A DNA stretch of 38,494 nucleotides from a virus. Taxonomy: Duplodnaviria > Caudoviricetes. Position numbers and translations under genes: made by a program. Shown here one piece after another: positions 15,523 to 25,424 of this stretch; position 1 is the stretch's first letter; each line of letters opens with the position of its first letter. The stretch spans positions 1-38,494 of IMG/VR virus record IMGVR_UViG_3300028588_000051; one strand, 5' to 3'. A model generated the notes under the pieces. The model worked only from the letters and a program-made list of their open reading frames with translations, ran no database searches and was not told the origin of the DNA.

Positions 15523-17819
15523 TGGCCGTGAAGCTGCTCGACATGTACGTCGACATCGAAGCCGACGGGAAGAAGGCCGCGAACAAAGCGGCCTCCGACA
15601 TCGAGGGCAGCGGCGCAGGCGAGCGCGCCGGTAGCGGCTTCGGCAAGCGCCTTGCCGGCGGGCTCATCGCCGCTGTCGCCGCGGTCGGCATTGGTCAGTT
15701 CCTCGGCTCCGCGATCATGGCCGGCTCTGACCTCAACGAGACGATCTCGAAGTCGCGCGCCATCTTCGGCGAGCAGGCTGCCGGGATGGAGTCGTGGGCG
15801 TCGACCGCCGCCACTTCCATGGGCCTGTCGAAGTCCGCCGCTCTCGCCGCGTCCGCGGGCTTCGGTGACATGTTCACGCAGATCGGCTTCACCGGCGACG
15901 CGGCCGCCACGATGTCGCAGTCGGTCGTGCAGGCGGCTGCCGACCTCGGTTCGTTCTCGAACCTCGAGACGGCCGATGTCGCCGACCGCATTTCTGCGGC
16001 TTTCCGTGGTGAGTACGACTCGCTGCAGGCGGTCATCCCCAACATCAACGCTGCTCGCGTCGAGTCCGAGGCGATGGCAGCCACGGGCAAGACGACAGCC
16101 TCCGCGCTCACCGCTCAGGAGAAGGCGACCGCCGTGCTAGCGATTGTCAACCAGGACGGCGCGCGCGCGATGGGTGACTTCGGTCGCACCTCCGACGGTT
16201 TCGCGAATCAGATGAAGATCGCCAGCGCGCAGACCGAGGACCTCAAAGGCAAGATCGGTTCCGCCCTGCAGCCTGCCTTGCAGGCCGCGGCGGGCGTGCT
16301 GACTGGCACGCTGCTCCCGGCCGTTACCGGCTTCGTCGACAAGGCCGCGCCGGTCATCGAGACGTTCTTCGGGTCAACACTCCCCGGTCTCGCCGGGACC
16401 ATCGGCCCGGCGCTTGCCCCGATCGGCGCCGCCATCGGCACGGTCGCCTCGAGCTTCGGGGCCGGGTTCGCGCCGTTCCTTGAGCCGCTCATGAGCATCG
16501 GGGCGCAACTGCTCCCCGTCTTCGCGAGCCTCATGACGGCGGTGTCGCCCTTCGGCATCCTGCTACAAGCACTCGCCCCCATCGCCGGCACCGTCGGTAG
16601 CGTGCTCGGGTCGGTGGCGACCACCATTGGCACGGCTCTGCTGACGAACCTGACGACGCTGCAGCCGTTCATTGCGACCCTTTCGGCCTCGCTTTCGACG
16701 GGGCTCGCGACGATCCTCCCCGTCATCCTCGGGCTGCTGCCCCCTATCGCTACGCTTTTCGGCACTCTGGCCGGTGTCGTGTCGCAGGTACTCGCTGCCG
16801 TGATGCCACTCGTGTCGAGCCTGATCGCCATGCTTGTCCCCGCCCTCACTGCGATCATCGCGGCCGTCCTGCCGGTCGTGTCGAGCCTGGTGTCGCTGAT
16901 CTCGGTCGCCATCGTGCCGATCGTGACCGCTCTTCTTGGAATCCTCATGCCCGCGATCCAGGCGCTTATGCCGGTGGTCCAGGCCGTGTTCGGGATCATC
17001 GTCGGAGTCATCACCTCGGCTATGCAGATCATCCAAGGCATCATTCAGGTCGTCACCGGGATCATCACCGGCAACTGGTCGCAGGTCTGGGCGGGGCTCG
17101 GCAACATCGTTTCTGGGGCGTGGAACCTGATCTCGGGACTCGTGACGGGCGCGATCAACCTGGTTAAGTCGATCGTCATCGCCGGTATCAACCTCGTGAA
17201 GAACCAATGGTCCGGCGCCTGGTCTGCGATCAGCGGCGTCGTCTCGTCGGTCGCCGGCGCCATCGGTGGGGCCGTCGGCAACCTCGTATCGAGCGTGCGC
17301 TCGGGGATCTCCAACGTCGTCTCGTTCTTCACCTCGCTTCCCGGAACGATCATGGGTGCCGTATCCGGCTTCGGAACGATGCTCTTCTCCTCCGGGGCGA
17401 AGATCATGCAGGGACTCATCGACGGCATCAAGAGCGCAGTCGGCAAGGTCAAAGACGCCGTGGGCGACGTCATGTCGGCCGCGCGTAACCTGCTGCCCTT
17501 CTCTCCCGCCAAGGAGGGGCCGTTCTCCGGCAAGGGCTGGTCGCTCTACTCCGGCATGTCAATCGGTAGCGCCCTCGCTGACGGTATGCGCAGCCGCGTG
17601 ACTGTCGTCCGCAACGCCGCGACGGACATGGTTAGCGCCGCCTCTGTGGGCGGGTCGCTCTCGACCGGGCGAGCTGGCGTCTCGCCGCTGGCGTTCGCCG
17701 GAACGGGTGGCGGCAATGTCACGAACAACTACACGGTCACGGTGCCGGTGACTGCGGCGGACAACCCGACGTTGTACGGCAACCGCACCGCTCGCGCTAT
17801 CGTTGCTGGACTGATCTAG
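15522..17819 (+). CDS. Tape measure protein
   Basis: 765 aa, Ala/Gly/Ile-rich with Pro- and Trp-spaced repeats; AADLGSFSN and LPFSPAKEGPFSG motifs. Confidence 0.95.
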   Translation: MAVKLLDMYVDIEADGKKAANKAASDIEGSGAGERAGSGFGKRLAGGLIAAVAAVGIGQFLGSAIMAGSDLNETISKSRAIFGEQAAGMESWASTAATSMGLSKSAALAASAGFGDMFTQIGFTGDAAATMSQSVVQAAADLGSFSNLETADVADRISAAFRGEYDSLQAVIPNINAARVESEAMAATGKTTASALTAQEKATAVLAIVNQDGARAMGDFGRTSDGFANQMKIASAQTEDLKGKIGSALQPALQAAAGVLTGTLLPAVTGFVDKAAPVIETFFGSTLPGLAGTIGPALAPIGAAIGTVASSFGAGFAPFLEPLMSIGAQLLPVFASLMTAVSPFGILLQALAPIAGTVGSVLGSVATTIGTALLTNLTTLQPFIATLSASLSTGLATILPVILGLLPPIATLFGTLAGVVSQVLAAVMPLVSSLIAMLVPALTAIIAAVLPVVSSLVSLISVAIVPIVTALLGILMPAIQALMPVVQAVFGIIVGVITSAMQIIQGIIQVVTGIITGNWSQVWAGLGNIVSGAWNLISGLVTGAINLVKSIVIAGINLVKNQWSGAWSAISGVVSSVAGAIGGAVGNLVSSVRSGISNVVSFFTSLPGTIMGAVSGFGTMLFSSGAKIMQGLIDGIKSAVGKVKDAVGDVMSAARNLLPFSPAKEGPFSGKGWSLYSGMSIGSALADGMRSRVTVVRNAATDMVSAASVGGSLSTGRAGVSPLAFAGTGGGNVTNNYTVTVPVTAADNPTLYGNRTARAIVAGLI

Positions 17820-17830
17820 AGAGGCCGACC

Positions 17831-18898
17831 ATGAGCACAACGATCGAGCTCTCAACTGCAGACCTCACCCTCATCATCACCCAGCGCGACTTGTGGGCCG
17901 GCTTCGTCTTCGACTCGTTCAAGGGGTGGCAAGACCTCGCCCCGATCGACACCGAAATGCAGAAGCGGCCAAATCAGCCCGGCGCGTTCGGCCCCGGAAC
18001 TACCGACCCGGGCTCGCTAGTCGTCACCATCGAGGGGCAGTATTTCGCCCAGACCGAGGCCGAGTCGATCTACGCCCGCGAAACCATGACGGCGATGTAC
18101 AACGACGGCGACCCGATCACGATGACCGTCACCGATCCGGCACGCACGTCGAGCCGCGAAGTCTACGTCGCCGGCATCACGTTCCCGCACAGCACCGACG
18201 CGCGCCACTTCACCTTCGTATTCGAGGCCGAAGCCGAAGACCCCCGCCGCTACCTCGAGCCCGTCGTCACCTCCACCGGGCTGGCGGTCGCAGGCTCCGG
18301 GGCTCGCTGGACCGGCGGCGATACGACGGCGGTCGCCTACGCGCTCACCGAAGACCCCGCGGGTAGCAGCCTCTACCAGACCGGCCACATGCAAGAGTCG
18401 CCTAGCGGCAGCGGACTCTACGTCGCTGCGCTGCAGCCCGACCCGTTCAACCCGGGGCTCTACCTGACGTCCGGCACCTACCAGGACACCACCGGAACGG
18501 CCCCCGGCTTCGACTGGAAGAACGGCGGCCCCGGCATGACATGGGGAACGCGCCCCGTCGACGGGCGACTCATGGTTGAGAACACCGGCAACACGGCAAC
18601 GACCACGACGTTCACGATTCAGGACGGTCAGATGCTCGATGGGTTCGAGATCGTCAACGTCGAGACGGGTGAACGCATCGTCTACATCGGCCCCGTGACT
18701 GCTGGCACGTCGGTCGTGCTCGATGGCGAAACGCGCACGGCGTACATCAACGACGCCACTCCGGCTGGTCGCTTCTTGCCGAACCCCGAATGGTGGAACG
18801 TCCCCGCCCGGGCGATTCGGTCGGTCCAGTTCATCGCCCGCGGTGCGACCACCGGAACGCCCACCCTTTACGCCTCGACCGCACCTGCGCTCTACTAG
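17831..18898 (+). CDS. Distal tail (Dit-like) minor tail protein
   Basis: First gene after tape measure; EAEDPRRY and NTGNTAT motifs; internal triple DP..GLY repeat. Confidence 0.8.
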   Translation: MSTTIELSTADLTLIITQRDLWAGFVFDSFKGWQDLAPIDTEMQKRPNQPGAFGPGTTDPGSLVVTIEGQYFAQTEAESIYARETMTAMYNDGDPITMTVTDPARTSSREVYVAGITFPHSTDARHFTFVFEAEAEDPRRYLEPVVTSTGLAVAGSGARWTGGDTTAVAYALTEDPAGSSLYQTGHMQESPSGSGLYVAALQPDPFNPGLYLTSGTYQDTTGTAPGFDWKNGGPGMTWGTRPVDGRLMVENTGNTATTTTFTIQDGQMLDGFEIVNVETGERIVYIGPVTAGTSVVLDGETRTAYINDATPAGRFLPNPEWWNVPARAIRSVQFIARGATTGTPTLYASTAPALY

Positions 18899-18912
18899 GT
18901 TAGGATTCGCTC

Positions 18913-19998
18913 ATGCCCCTCACTCGCCCATTCGCCATCGACCAGGCGTACGCGAACGCCAGCGACTTCCGCAAGCAGCACGCCGCGGTCTTCCCGCGAG
19001 AGGGCGTCTTTCCCGACCCCGTGACCACCGCCGCGGCGGGCATCGCCTACGCGAACGGTGGCTGGAACATCGCGGCCCGCATCTTCACGGCGGTCGCCCG
19101 CCGAGGCACCGCCGCTTTCTCTCAGGCGTACGGCTCCGCGCTGATCTCGAACGACTCGCAGGCGACGGCCTGGACCATCCCCGCCGCCCCGAGCTCGGGC
19201 TCGCGCATCGACCTCCTGTGGGTCAAGGCGACCGACCCGACGCAGGGTGACGCGACCACGACGCCCAGCGGCGAGACGGTCGCCCGGGCCGTTCCCCTCT
19301 TCGGGGTCACGTCGGGTGACGCCGCGACCACCCCCACGGCGCCCGCGCTGCCCTCGGGGGCCATCGAGATCGCACGCGTTTCGACGGCCTCGACGGCCAC
19401 GAGTGCCGCGGGGTCGGTCTTCTCACACACGTACGCCTTCGCGAACATCGACGGGGCAACGCTCTACGTGCGAAACGCGTCCACGCTGACGGCGGCCCAC
19501 GCCGCCGCTGCGGTTGTCGGGGAGGTCGCCTACGCACTCGACACCCAAAGCAGCTACGAAGTCCGCCAGACGGGCGCCACGCGCCGCTGGGCACGACGTG
19601 GCGGCGGCTTCTTCACCGGCACCCGAACGCAAGCGGTCGGCAACGGGCCCGATTCGGACATCGGAGCGGTCGCCCGCATCGACACCGAGAGCACGCGAGA
19701 CGACTTCATTTCGGTCGCCGGCAACGGCGTTATCTCACTGGTCGAGGGGGAGTACGCAGTGTCCGCGCTGGCGATCATCCCCAGCCCGGTCACTGGGCGC
19801 AGCTTCGTCGGCCTGAAAGACGCCTCGTCAGGGCAGCGTTTTGCGCGCTCGAGCTTCGGCACGGGCGAGGACACCACGAATGCCGCAAGCCCGATCTTTG
19901 TCGGACCGGGTGGTCGCACGCTGCGCGTCCACATCCTGCAAGTCACCGGCGCCGAACGGAACGTCGAGATCCGCTTGACCGTCACGAAGGTCGGCTGA
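18913..19998 (+). CDS. Minor tail/baseplate protein
   Basis: IPAAPSSGSRIDL...GDAATTPTAPALPSGAIEIARV motif typical of actinophage minor tails; leaderless TAGGAT-N6-ATG. Confidence 0.8.
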   Translation: MPLTRPFAIDQAYANASDFRKQHAAVFPREGVFPDPVTTAAAGIAYANGGWNIAARIFTAVARRGTAAFSQAYGSALISNDSQATAWTIPAAPSSGSRIDLLWVKATDPTQGDATTTPSGETVARAVPLFGVTSGDAATTPTAPALPSGAIEIARVSTASTATSAAGSVFSHTYAFANIDGATLYVRNASTLTAAHAAAAVVGEVAYALDTQSSYEVRQTGATRRWARRGGGFFTGTRTQAVGNGPDSDIGAVARIDTESTRDDFISVAGNGVISLVEGEYAVSALAIIPSPVTGRSFVGLKDASSGQRFARSSFGTGEDTTNAASPIFVGPGGRTLRVHILQVTGAERNVEIRLTVTKVG

Positions 19999-20001
19999 CC
20001 C

Positions 20002-21156
20002 GTGACGCTCGACCTGTACGCGATCGAAATGCTCAGCGGGCGTAACCTCGGCCCGCTAGCGAAGATCACGGCGAAATGGCAGGTCGCTACAAACGCTGAC
20101 GAGTCAATCACGTGCACGATCCCTGCGGGCGACCGCAACGTGCGCCGCACGCGGCCGTGGGAAATGACCACGCTAGGCCGTAATGGGCTGCTCGCCGTGG
20201 TCGGTGGGCTGCCCGTAGCCGCTGGGCCGATTTGGAAGCGACGCTACAACGCGAGCACGGGACGCATCGAGCTCACCGCGGGCGGGCTCCGTTCGTACTT
20301 CACGAAGCGCGTCGCCGTTCCGGTTGCCGCTTTGGGCAAGCCACTGGTCGACGCGAACGGCGACCCCGTGACCGCCTATGACACGCGAACGCTCAACTAC
20401 AGCCTGGGGACGGTCGCCAAGCGTTACGTCGAGCTCGCGCGCGCCTGGCCCGGTGGCGCCATCCCCATGGTCTTGCCGGCGGACGAGGTTCGCCCCGGAC
20501 GCGACATCACCGTCAAGGCGATCGACCTCAAACGGGTCGGCGACCTCATCGACAACTTGTCCGACGTCATCAACGGTCCCGACATCGCGTTCCGCCCCCG
20601 GTTCACCGCGGACGGCGCAGGCATCTACTGGGAAATGCAGACCGGCACCGAGGCGAACCCGCGACTAGGCTCGACGGACCCACTGGCAACGAAGTGGTCC
20701 TACGGTGCCCCCAAGTCGCCCGCCTACGACCTTGAGATCGACGAAGACGGCACGAGCTACGCGTCGCGCTTCTGGGTCACCGGTGGCGCCGGGTCGGACA
20801 AGGTGGTGACGGCACAGGGCTACTCGCCAGCGCTCATCAACGCCGGTTTCCCGCTGCTCGATGGCGTCGACGCTGGTAACTCGAGCCTGTCGGAGCAGTC
20901 GACCGCAAACGACAAGGCGGCACAGGGGGTCAAGCTCGGTCAGTACGCCTCGTCGTTCTGGTCGATGAAGGTCGACGCACACTCGCCCAAGGCGCCGAAG
21001 CTCGGCGAATACTGGCTCGGCGACCTCGCCACGATCAACATCGACAAGCGCGAACCGGTGCTGCCTTCCGGCGACTCGGTGCGCCGCATCGCTGGGATCA
21101 GCGGCGACGAGTCGGACAAGTCCTACAACATCGACTTCGCCGAGGCGCTCGTATGA
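20002..21156 (+). CDS. Minor tail protein (hub, ReqiPepy6 gp37-like)
   Basis: 384 aa; AAGPIW, LSDVINGPDIAFRP, GFPLLD and YWLGD motifs. Confidence 0.8.
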   Translation: MTLDLYAIEMLSGRNLGPLAKITAKWQVATNADESITCTIPAGDRNVRRTRPWEMTTLGRNGLLAVVGGLPVAAGPIWKRRYNASTGRIELTAGGLRSYFTKRVAVPVAALGKPLVDANGDPVTAYDTRTLNYSLGTVAKRYVELARAWPGGAIPMVLPADEVRPGRDITVKAIDLKRVGDLIDNLSDVINGPDIAFRPRFTADGAGIYWEMQTGTEANPRLGSTDPLATKWSYGAPKSPAYDLEIDEDGTSYASRFWVTGGAGSDKVVTAQGYSPALINAGFPLLDGVDAGNSSLSEQSTANDKAAQGVKLGQYASSFWSMKVDAHSPKAPKLGEYWLGDLATINIDKREPVLPSGDSVRRIAGISGDESDKSYNIDFAEALV

Positions 21157-21494
21157 GTCGCCCAGGCGACCCCCGCACCCCTCGGGACGACATGGGGCGC
21201 CTGCAGGCCGAGCTCCGCGATATGAAGCGACGGCTCGATGACCTCGAGTCGCCGTCCGGTTCGGCTGCGAATCAGACCAGTTCGAAGCTCGGTGGGCTCA
21301 ACGTTCAGGGCCAGATCGACGCCCTCTCCGAGCACCTCGAAGTAGACCTCGCCCTCGAGGCTCAGCTACGCGACGCGGCAATCGTCGCCGCGACAGGCTC
21401 ACAGACCGGTATAGTTCTCACGTCCCCCGATGGCACGCGTTGGAAGCTGGGCGTCTCTGACGCTGGCTCCACTACTTGGACGGTGGTCACGTAA
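21153..21494 (+). CDS. Minor tail protein
   Basis: ATGA overlap; coiled coil RRLDDLE plus GIVLTSPDGTRWKLGVSDAG. Confidence 0.75.
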   Translation: MSRPGDPRTPRDDMGRLQAELRDMKRRLDDLESPSGSAANQTSSKLGGLNVQGQIDALSEHLEVDLALEAQLRDAAIVAATGSQTGIVLTSPDGTRWKLGVSDAGSTTWTVVT

Positions 21495-21496
21495 CC

Positions 21497-22099
21497 ATGG
21501 CGACTCTCGGGATGCTCCGGCTCAACCTCCTCGCTGACCTGCAGAACGCACCCGTGACGAACAACCAAGTCGTCCTGGTCACCGGCAAGATGACGATGAC
21601 CGACGGGCTCGGCGGCTTCTACCGGTGGGACCCGGCGAGCACGGCTGACGCCGACATGGGATTCATGAACGTCATCCCGTCGAACGTCAGCAGCACGGGC
21701 CGATGGCTCCGCATCTTTCAACGAGCCCGGAACCTCGCGCAAGGCGTCCTGGTCACTACCGGCGGCGTCCGCACTCTCTACGCACTCGGCGTGACCGACG
21801 GTAACGGGCGCTTCACTGTCAACCTCACCGAAGAGAACACGACCACCGGAACCGCCCTCTTCACCGAAGTGTGGCAGACCGCGGGGGAGTCGACAGGCAC
21901 CGCCAGCACCCCCAACGATGTCGTGTTGGGCTCCCGCTACTCGCTCTCGAGCGACCGCAAGATTCTCGCCTACCAGTTCTCCCGCGGCGGCATGACGACG
22001 TTGGGGTCGACCCTACTCAACATCGCCGGGGCCATCATCCCGGGGCTGCGCAGCGTTCCGGCTGGCACCCCCGTCGCCGTGCGCGTGGACGGGATATAG
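21497..22099 (+). CDS. Tail-associated protein with tailspike N-terminal-like domain
   Basis: DGLGGFYRWDPASTAD...VIP...GRWLR resembles tailspike head-binding domains. Confidence 0.65.
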   Translation: MATLGMLRLNLLADLQNAPVTNNQVVLVTGKMTMTDGLGGFYRWDPASTADADMGFMNVIPSNVSSTGRWLRIFQRARNLAQGVLVTTGGVRTLYALGVTDGNGRFTVNLTEENTTTGTALFTEVWQTAGESTGTASTPNDVVLGSRYSLSSDRKILAYQFSRGGMTTLGSTLLNIAGAIIPGLRSVPAGTPVAVRVDGI

Positions 22100-22115
22100 A
22101 CTAAGCTCCATCAAC

Positions 22116-22583
22116 ATGGGCCAGGGGAAGATTAGGCGGGCGGCACGCGCGTCTATCTGGGCGCGTCGATCCGTCTCAGACGAAGACGACCGGGTGGCTT
22201 CGATGCTCCGGGTTTACCTGCCCATACTCGACGTGATCTTCGCCGTCGGCGGGATCGTCAGCTATAACTACGGCGTTCCCGCCCTCTCTGCGACCACGCC
22301 GGAACCTTACGTTTCGGGGTGGGCTGTTGCCGTAGCAACGGCCTCGCTCGTTTGCCTCGCTGGCATCGCCTTTCCGGCGGTCCTCTGGCGGGTTGAGTTC
22401 GCAGGTAAAGCCGCCTTGCTCGGCCTGCTCTCTCTCTACGTTCTGACTTTGATCTATCTGGCCTTCGTCGAGGGCGACGGGTCACGAGCCGCGCTGGCCG
22501 TGTTCATTTCAGCGATTCTCGTACTGCCCACTTGGCGACTGTTCGACATCCCCCGCGACCGGCAGGTCCACCGGTGGAAATGA
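22116..22583 (+). CDS. Membrane protein, about 4 TM (lysis cassette)
   Basis: Four hydrophobic segments; adjacent to the holin. Confidence 0.75.
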   Translation: MGQGKIRRAARASIWARRSVSDEDDRVASMLRVYLPILDVIFAVGGIVSYNYGVPALSATTPEPYVSGWAVAVATASLVCLAGIAFPAVLWRVEFAGKAALLGLLSLYVLTLIYLAFVEGDGSRAALAVFISAILVLPTWRLFDIPRDRQVHRWK

Positions 22584-23053
22584 TCAAGGCGGCAGCCATC
22601 GCCGCGGCCCCTAGCTTCCCATGGGCGTTGATCCTGCCCTACCTCATACCCGCCGCGGGGGCGATCGTTGTTGCCTATTTCGCGCTGCGCCAGGCGCGCG
22701 GCACGAAAGGCACCGAAGACCGCAAGGTTAACGCTGACGAGTTCCGCATCTTCCGCGAAACCATGCAGGGCGAATACTCGCGACTCAATGCACGCGTGGG
22801 TGACCTTGAGGTACGCCTCTCCCGCCGCAATGACGCAGTGCGCGAGACGAACAAGCGCTACAATCGCCTGCGAGAAGCGCTCGTCGACTTCGTACACCGC
22901 GTAACAGAATCGTGGGGGCAGGTCGACGCGCCGCCGCAGCTCACTCCGCACCAGCTCGAGCTGCTAGCCCAACCGACAGACCCCGACGACCTTGACCTCA
23001 CCGCACCTCATGCCGAAGTGCGAGAAGCCCGAATGAAAGGTGAAACAGCATGA
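22580..23053 (+). CDS. Membrane-anchored coiled-coil protein (lysis cassette)
   Basis: ATGA overlap; one TM followed by a coiled coil. Confidence 0.7.
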   Translation: MIKAAAIAAAPSFPWALILPYLIPAAGAIVVAYFALRQARGTKGTEDRKVNADEFRIFRETMQGEYSRLNARVGDLEVRLSRRNDAVRETNKRYNRLREALVDFVHRVTESWGQVDAPPQLTPHQLELLAQPTDPDDLDLTAPHAEVREARMKGETA

Positions 23054-23319
23054 GCCTCCACGAAGAGCCCACCACGCCCAACGAAGACGGCTACTCCGCC
23101 AGCAAGACCCTCGAGGCCGAGGCGCTCATCAGCCCCAAGGTCGTCGTCGGTGCCGTCACCGGCCTCGTGCTCGCGATCGTCGTCGCCGTGCTCGGCGCAG
23201 TGACGCCCGACATGCTCGCGAGCCTCGGTGCGTGGGCGCCGCTTGTGTTCGTCGCCATCACCACCGCCGCGACCCAGCTCGCCGGCTACCTCAAGCGCGA
23301 CCCGCTGCGCGAGGTGTAG
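23050..23319 (+). CDS. Holin (2 TM)
   Basis: ISPKV...two hydrophobic helices...AGYLKRDPLR; GAAAGG RBS. Confidence 0.8.
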   Translation: MSLHEEPTTPNEDGYSASKTLEAEALISPKVVVGAVTGLVLAIVVAVLGAVTPDMLASLGAWAPLVFVAITTAATQLAGYLKRDPLREV

Positions 23320-23335
23320 TCTCCGCATCACCAAG

Positions 23336-23372
23336 CGAAGCCCCGCCGATGACACGACTCGGCGGGGCTTCG
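23336..23372 (+). terminator. Intrinsic terminator after holin
   Basis: cgaagccccgccga-N9-tcggcggggcttcg, a 14-bp perfect stem. Confidence 0.8.
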
Positions 23373-23409
23373 TCATGTACGATAGCCCCAGTCAAACCGA
23401 GGAGTGAGA

Positions 23410-23742
23410 ATGCCCGCAGCAGCAGCAGGTAAAGAGGCGGTCGTCGCCGCCTACGCCGCCAACGTCGCCAAGCTGGCGCTCTTCTCCGCCGCGGGAGGCG
23501 CGACCGCCGGAACCGAGCTCGCCGGCGGGTCCCCCGCCTACGCTCGCGTCACCCCCGCGGTCACCGGCACCGGGGCGACCCGGGCACTCGCGGCCACGTT
23601 CAACGTTCCGAGCGGCGCGACCGTCGCAGGCTGGGGCGCGTACGACTCGTCCGGCACCTACGTCGACGGCGGCTCGCTCACGTCGCAGCCGTTCGCGTCG
23701 CAGGGCACGTACGCCCTGACGGTCAACGCCACCGGCGCCTAG
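23410..23742 (+). CDS. Small virion structural protein (fibre-module adaptor)
   Basis: GAGGAG RBS, -10 TACGAT at 23378; ELAGGSPAYAR...TFNVPSG...GAYD motif. Confidence 0.75.
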   Translation: MPAAAAGKEAVVAAYAANVAKLALFSAAGGATAGTELAGGSPAYARVTPAVTGTGATRALAATFNVPSGATVAGWGAYDSSGTYVDGGSLTSQPFASQGTYALTVNATGA

Positions 23743-23755
23743 CTAGGTCGCCCTC

Positions 23756-25141
23756 GTGGCGCGCAGGGTCTTCGACTTCGAGGGCGGCTCCGATGGGGTC
23801 GCCCTCACCGGCAACAACACCGACGGCGGTAACTCCGGCGCAGCGCAGATCACCACGAACGCCGGAACCGCGCGTTTCTCTACACGTCTTGTCCGGTCCG
23901 GCAATCTCGGCGCGCGCTTCGTTGCCGCCGCCAACGCGCTCTCGATCGGGCGCTTCCCCTTCGCCCCCGTCGCCAACAACACGCAGTCGATCAACTACGC
24001 ATTCACCCTCGAGGCGACTCCGGCCACGACCACGACGGTGCTCACGATCCGTTTCAACGGCGGCGTCGCGGCGCGGCTGAACTGGAACACCGACAACTCA
24101 CTGTCGATACTCGACACCGGCAACGCAAACCCGCTTGTCCTGTCGGCGGGGGTAACCCCGGGACTTGGTTACGAGGTCAGTTTCCGCGTCAAGTCGGCGA
24201 CGTCCACTACCGGCACGATCACGGCCGTGCTCTACAGTGCAGCGGGCGGCGAAATCGGTCGCGCCACCTCGAGCACGTACAACCTCGGCACCGCCGCGCT
24301 CACGCAGGTCGATGTCGGCGTCGTCAACACGAACCCCGCAGCGGGTACAGCGGTCGCCCTCGACTACCTTCAGATGGACGACGGCTCGACCACCGAGCTC
24401 CGCGCCCCTCAAGCCAGCCCCGCCTATAGCGGCACAGTGACCACCACGGCCACCGTCACCACTACGGGCGCCGGCGCACCCGGCGCCTCGGGTGCGGCAA
24501 CCACGACAGCCACGGCGACGGCAAGCGGCGCCGTGCAACCCGCCACGTCGGGCTCTGCCGCTACCAGCGCAGCGGCGACCGGCACCGGCATTGGTAGCGC
24601 CACGACTTCAGGGGCCTCGAGCGCCACGCCTACCGTCACCACGACGGCCACCGGGTCGCCTGCGGCGGCCGGCTCCGCGTCGACCAGCGCAGTCGTCATC
24701 TCCACGGGAAACGGCACTGCGCCATCCACCGGCACCGGAACGGCCACCGCCACTGTTACGGCTAGCGGCACGGGCGTAGCGACGCTGTACGGCGTTGCCG
24801 CTACCGTCGCCGCCATCACCGCCTCGGCGCAAGGTGCTGCAGCCCTACGCGGCTCAGCCTCCGCCGCAGCTTCGGCCACCGCTACCGGGCAAGGCTCGGC
24901 TTCCGCGCGCGGAAGCGGGACTACTTACCCAATCGCCAGCAGTGTCACAGACGGTGCGCCCTCGTTCTCCGGAGCCGCCGATACACTCGTCACCGTCACG
25001 GCTCTCGGCGGACCGTCCGTAACACCGCACGACGTCGACGTCGCTGGGTGGCTGCTACCCCGGCGCTACGCGGTGGCGTTGCGGCCGAGGCGGTACGATG
25101 CGACGACCCTGCCGAACCGCTGGAAAGGCGACCTACGATGA
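23756..25141 (+). CDS. Tail fibre-like protein: beta-sandwich N-domain plus Thr/Ala/Gly repeat shaft
   Basis: FDFEGG N-terminus, beta-rich domain, then quasi-periodic SG-A-T repeats. Confidence 0.7.
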   Translation: MARRVFDFEGGSDGVALTGNNTDGGNSGAAQITTNAGTARFSTRLVRSGNLGARFVAAANALSIGRFPFAPVANNTQSINYAFTLEATPATTTTVLTIRFNGGVAARLNWNTDNSLSILDTGNANPLVLSAGVTPGLGYEVSFRVKSATSTTGTITAVLYSAAGGEIGRATSSTYNLGTAALTQVDVGVVNTNPAAGTAVALDYLQMDDGSTTELRAPQASPAYSGTVTTTATVTTTGAGAPGASGAATTTATATASGAVQPATSGSAATSAAATGTGIGSATTSGASSATPTVTTTATGSPAAAGSASTSAVVISTGNGTAPSTGTGTATATVTASGTGVATLYGVAATVAAITASAQGAAALRGSASAAASATATGQGSASARGSGTTYPIASSVTDGAPSFSGAADTLVTVTALGGPSVTPHDVDVAGWLLPRRYAVALRPRRYDATTLPNRWKGDLR

Positions 25142-25398
25142 ACAGCTATGATCGCGACAGCGCCGAGTACCTCGAGCTCATCGTCACCGTCGACGGCACA
25201 CCGGTCACGTCCGGCATCGAGTACGCCATCACCACCGGCGACGCGCGGCCTTCCACGTGGCTGCCGGTGACGCTCGTCGATAGGCGACCCATGGCGCTAC
25301 TGCAAGGTCGACCCGCCGGGACGTACGTCGTGTGGGCTCGTGTCACCGCGGGCAGTGAGCTCGTCGTGATGCGGGTCGACACGTTCCTCGTGGTGTAG
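25138..25398 (+). CDS. Small Ig-like fibre-module protein
   Basis: ATGA overlap; RDSAEY...RPSTW...GTYVVWARVT. Confidence 0.7.
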   Translation: MNSYDRDSAEYLELIVTVDGTPVTSGIEYAITTGDARPSTWLPVTLVDRRPMALLQGRPAGTYVVWARVTAGSELVVMRVDTFLVV

Positions 25399-25424
25399 GT
25401 CGCCCCATCCGCTAGGATGCACGC

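Noticed and set aside
24420-25000. Quasi-periodic repeats as a diversity-generating or contingency locus
   Set aside because: Protein-level Thr/Ala/Gly repeats with divergent DNA; no reverse transcriptase or template/variable repeat pair.
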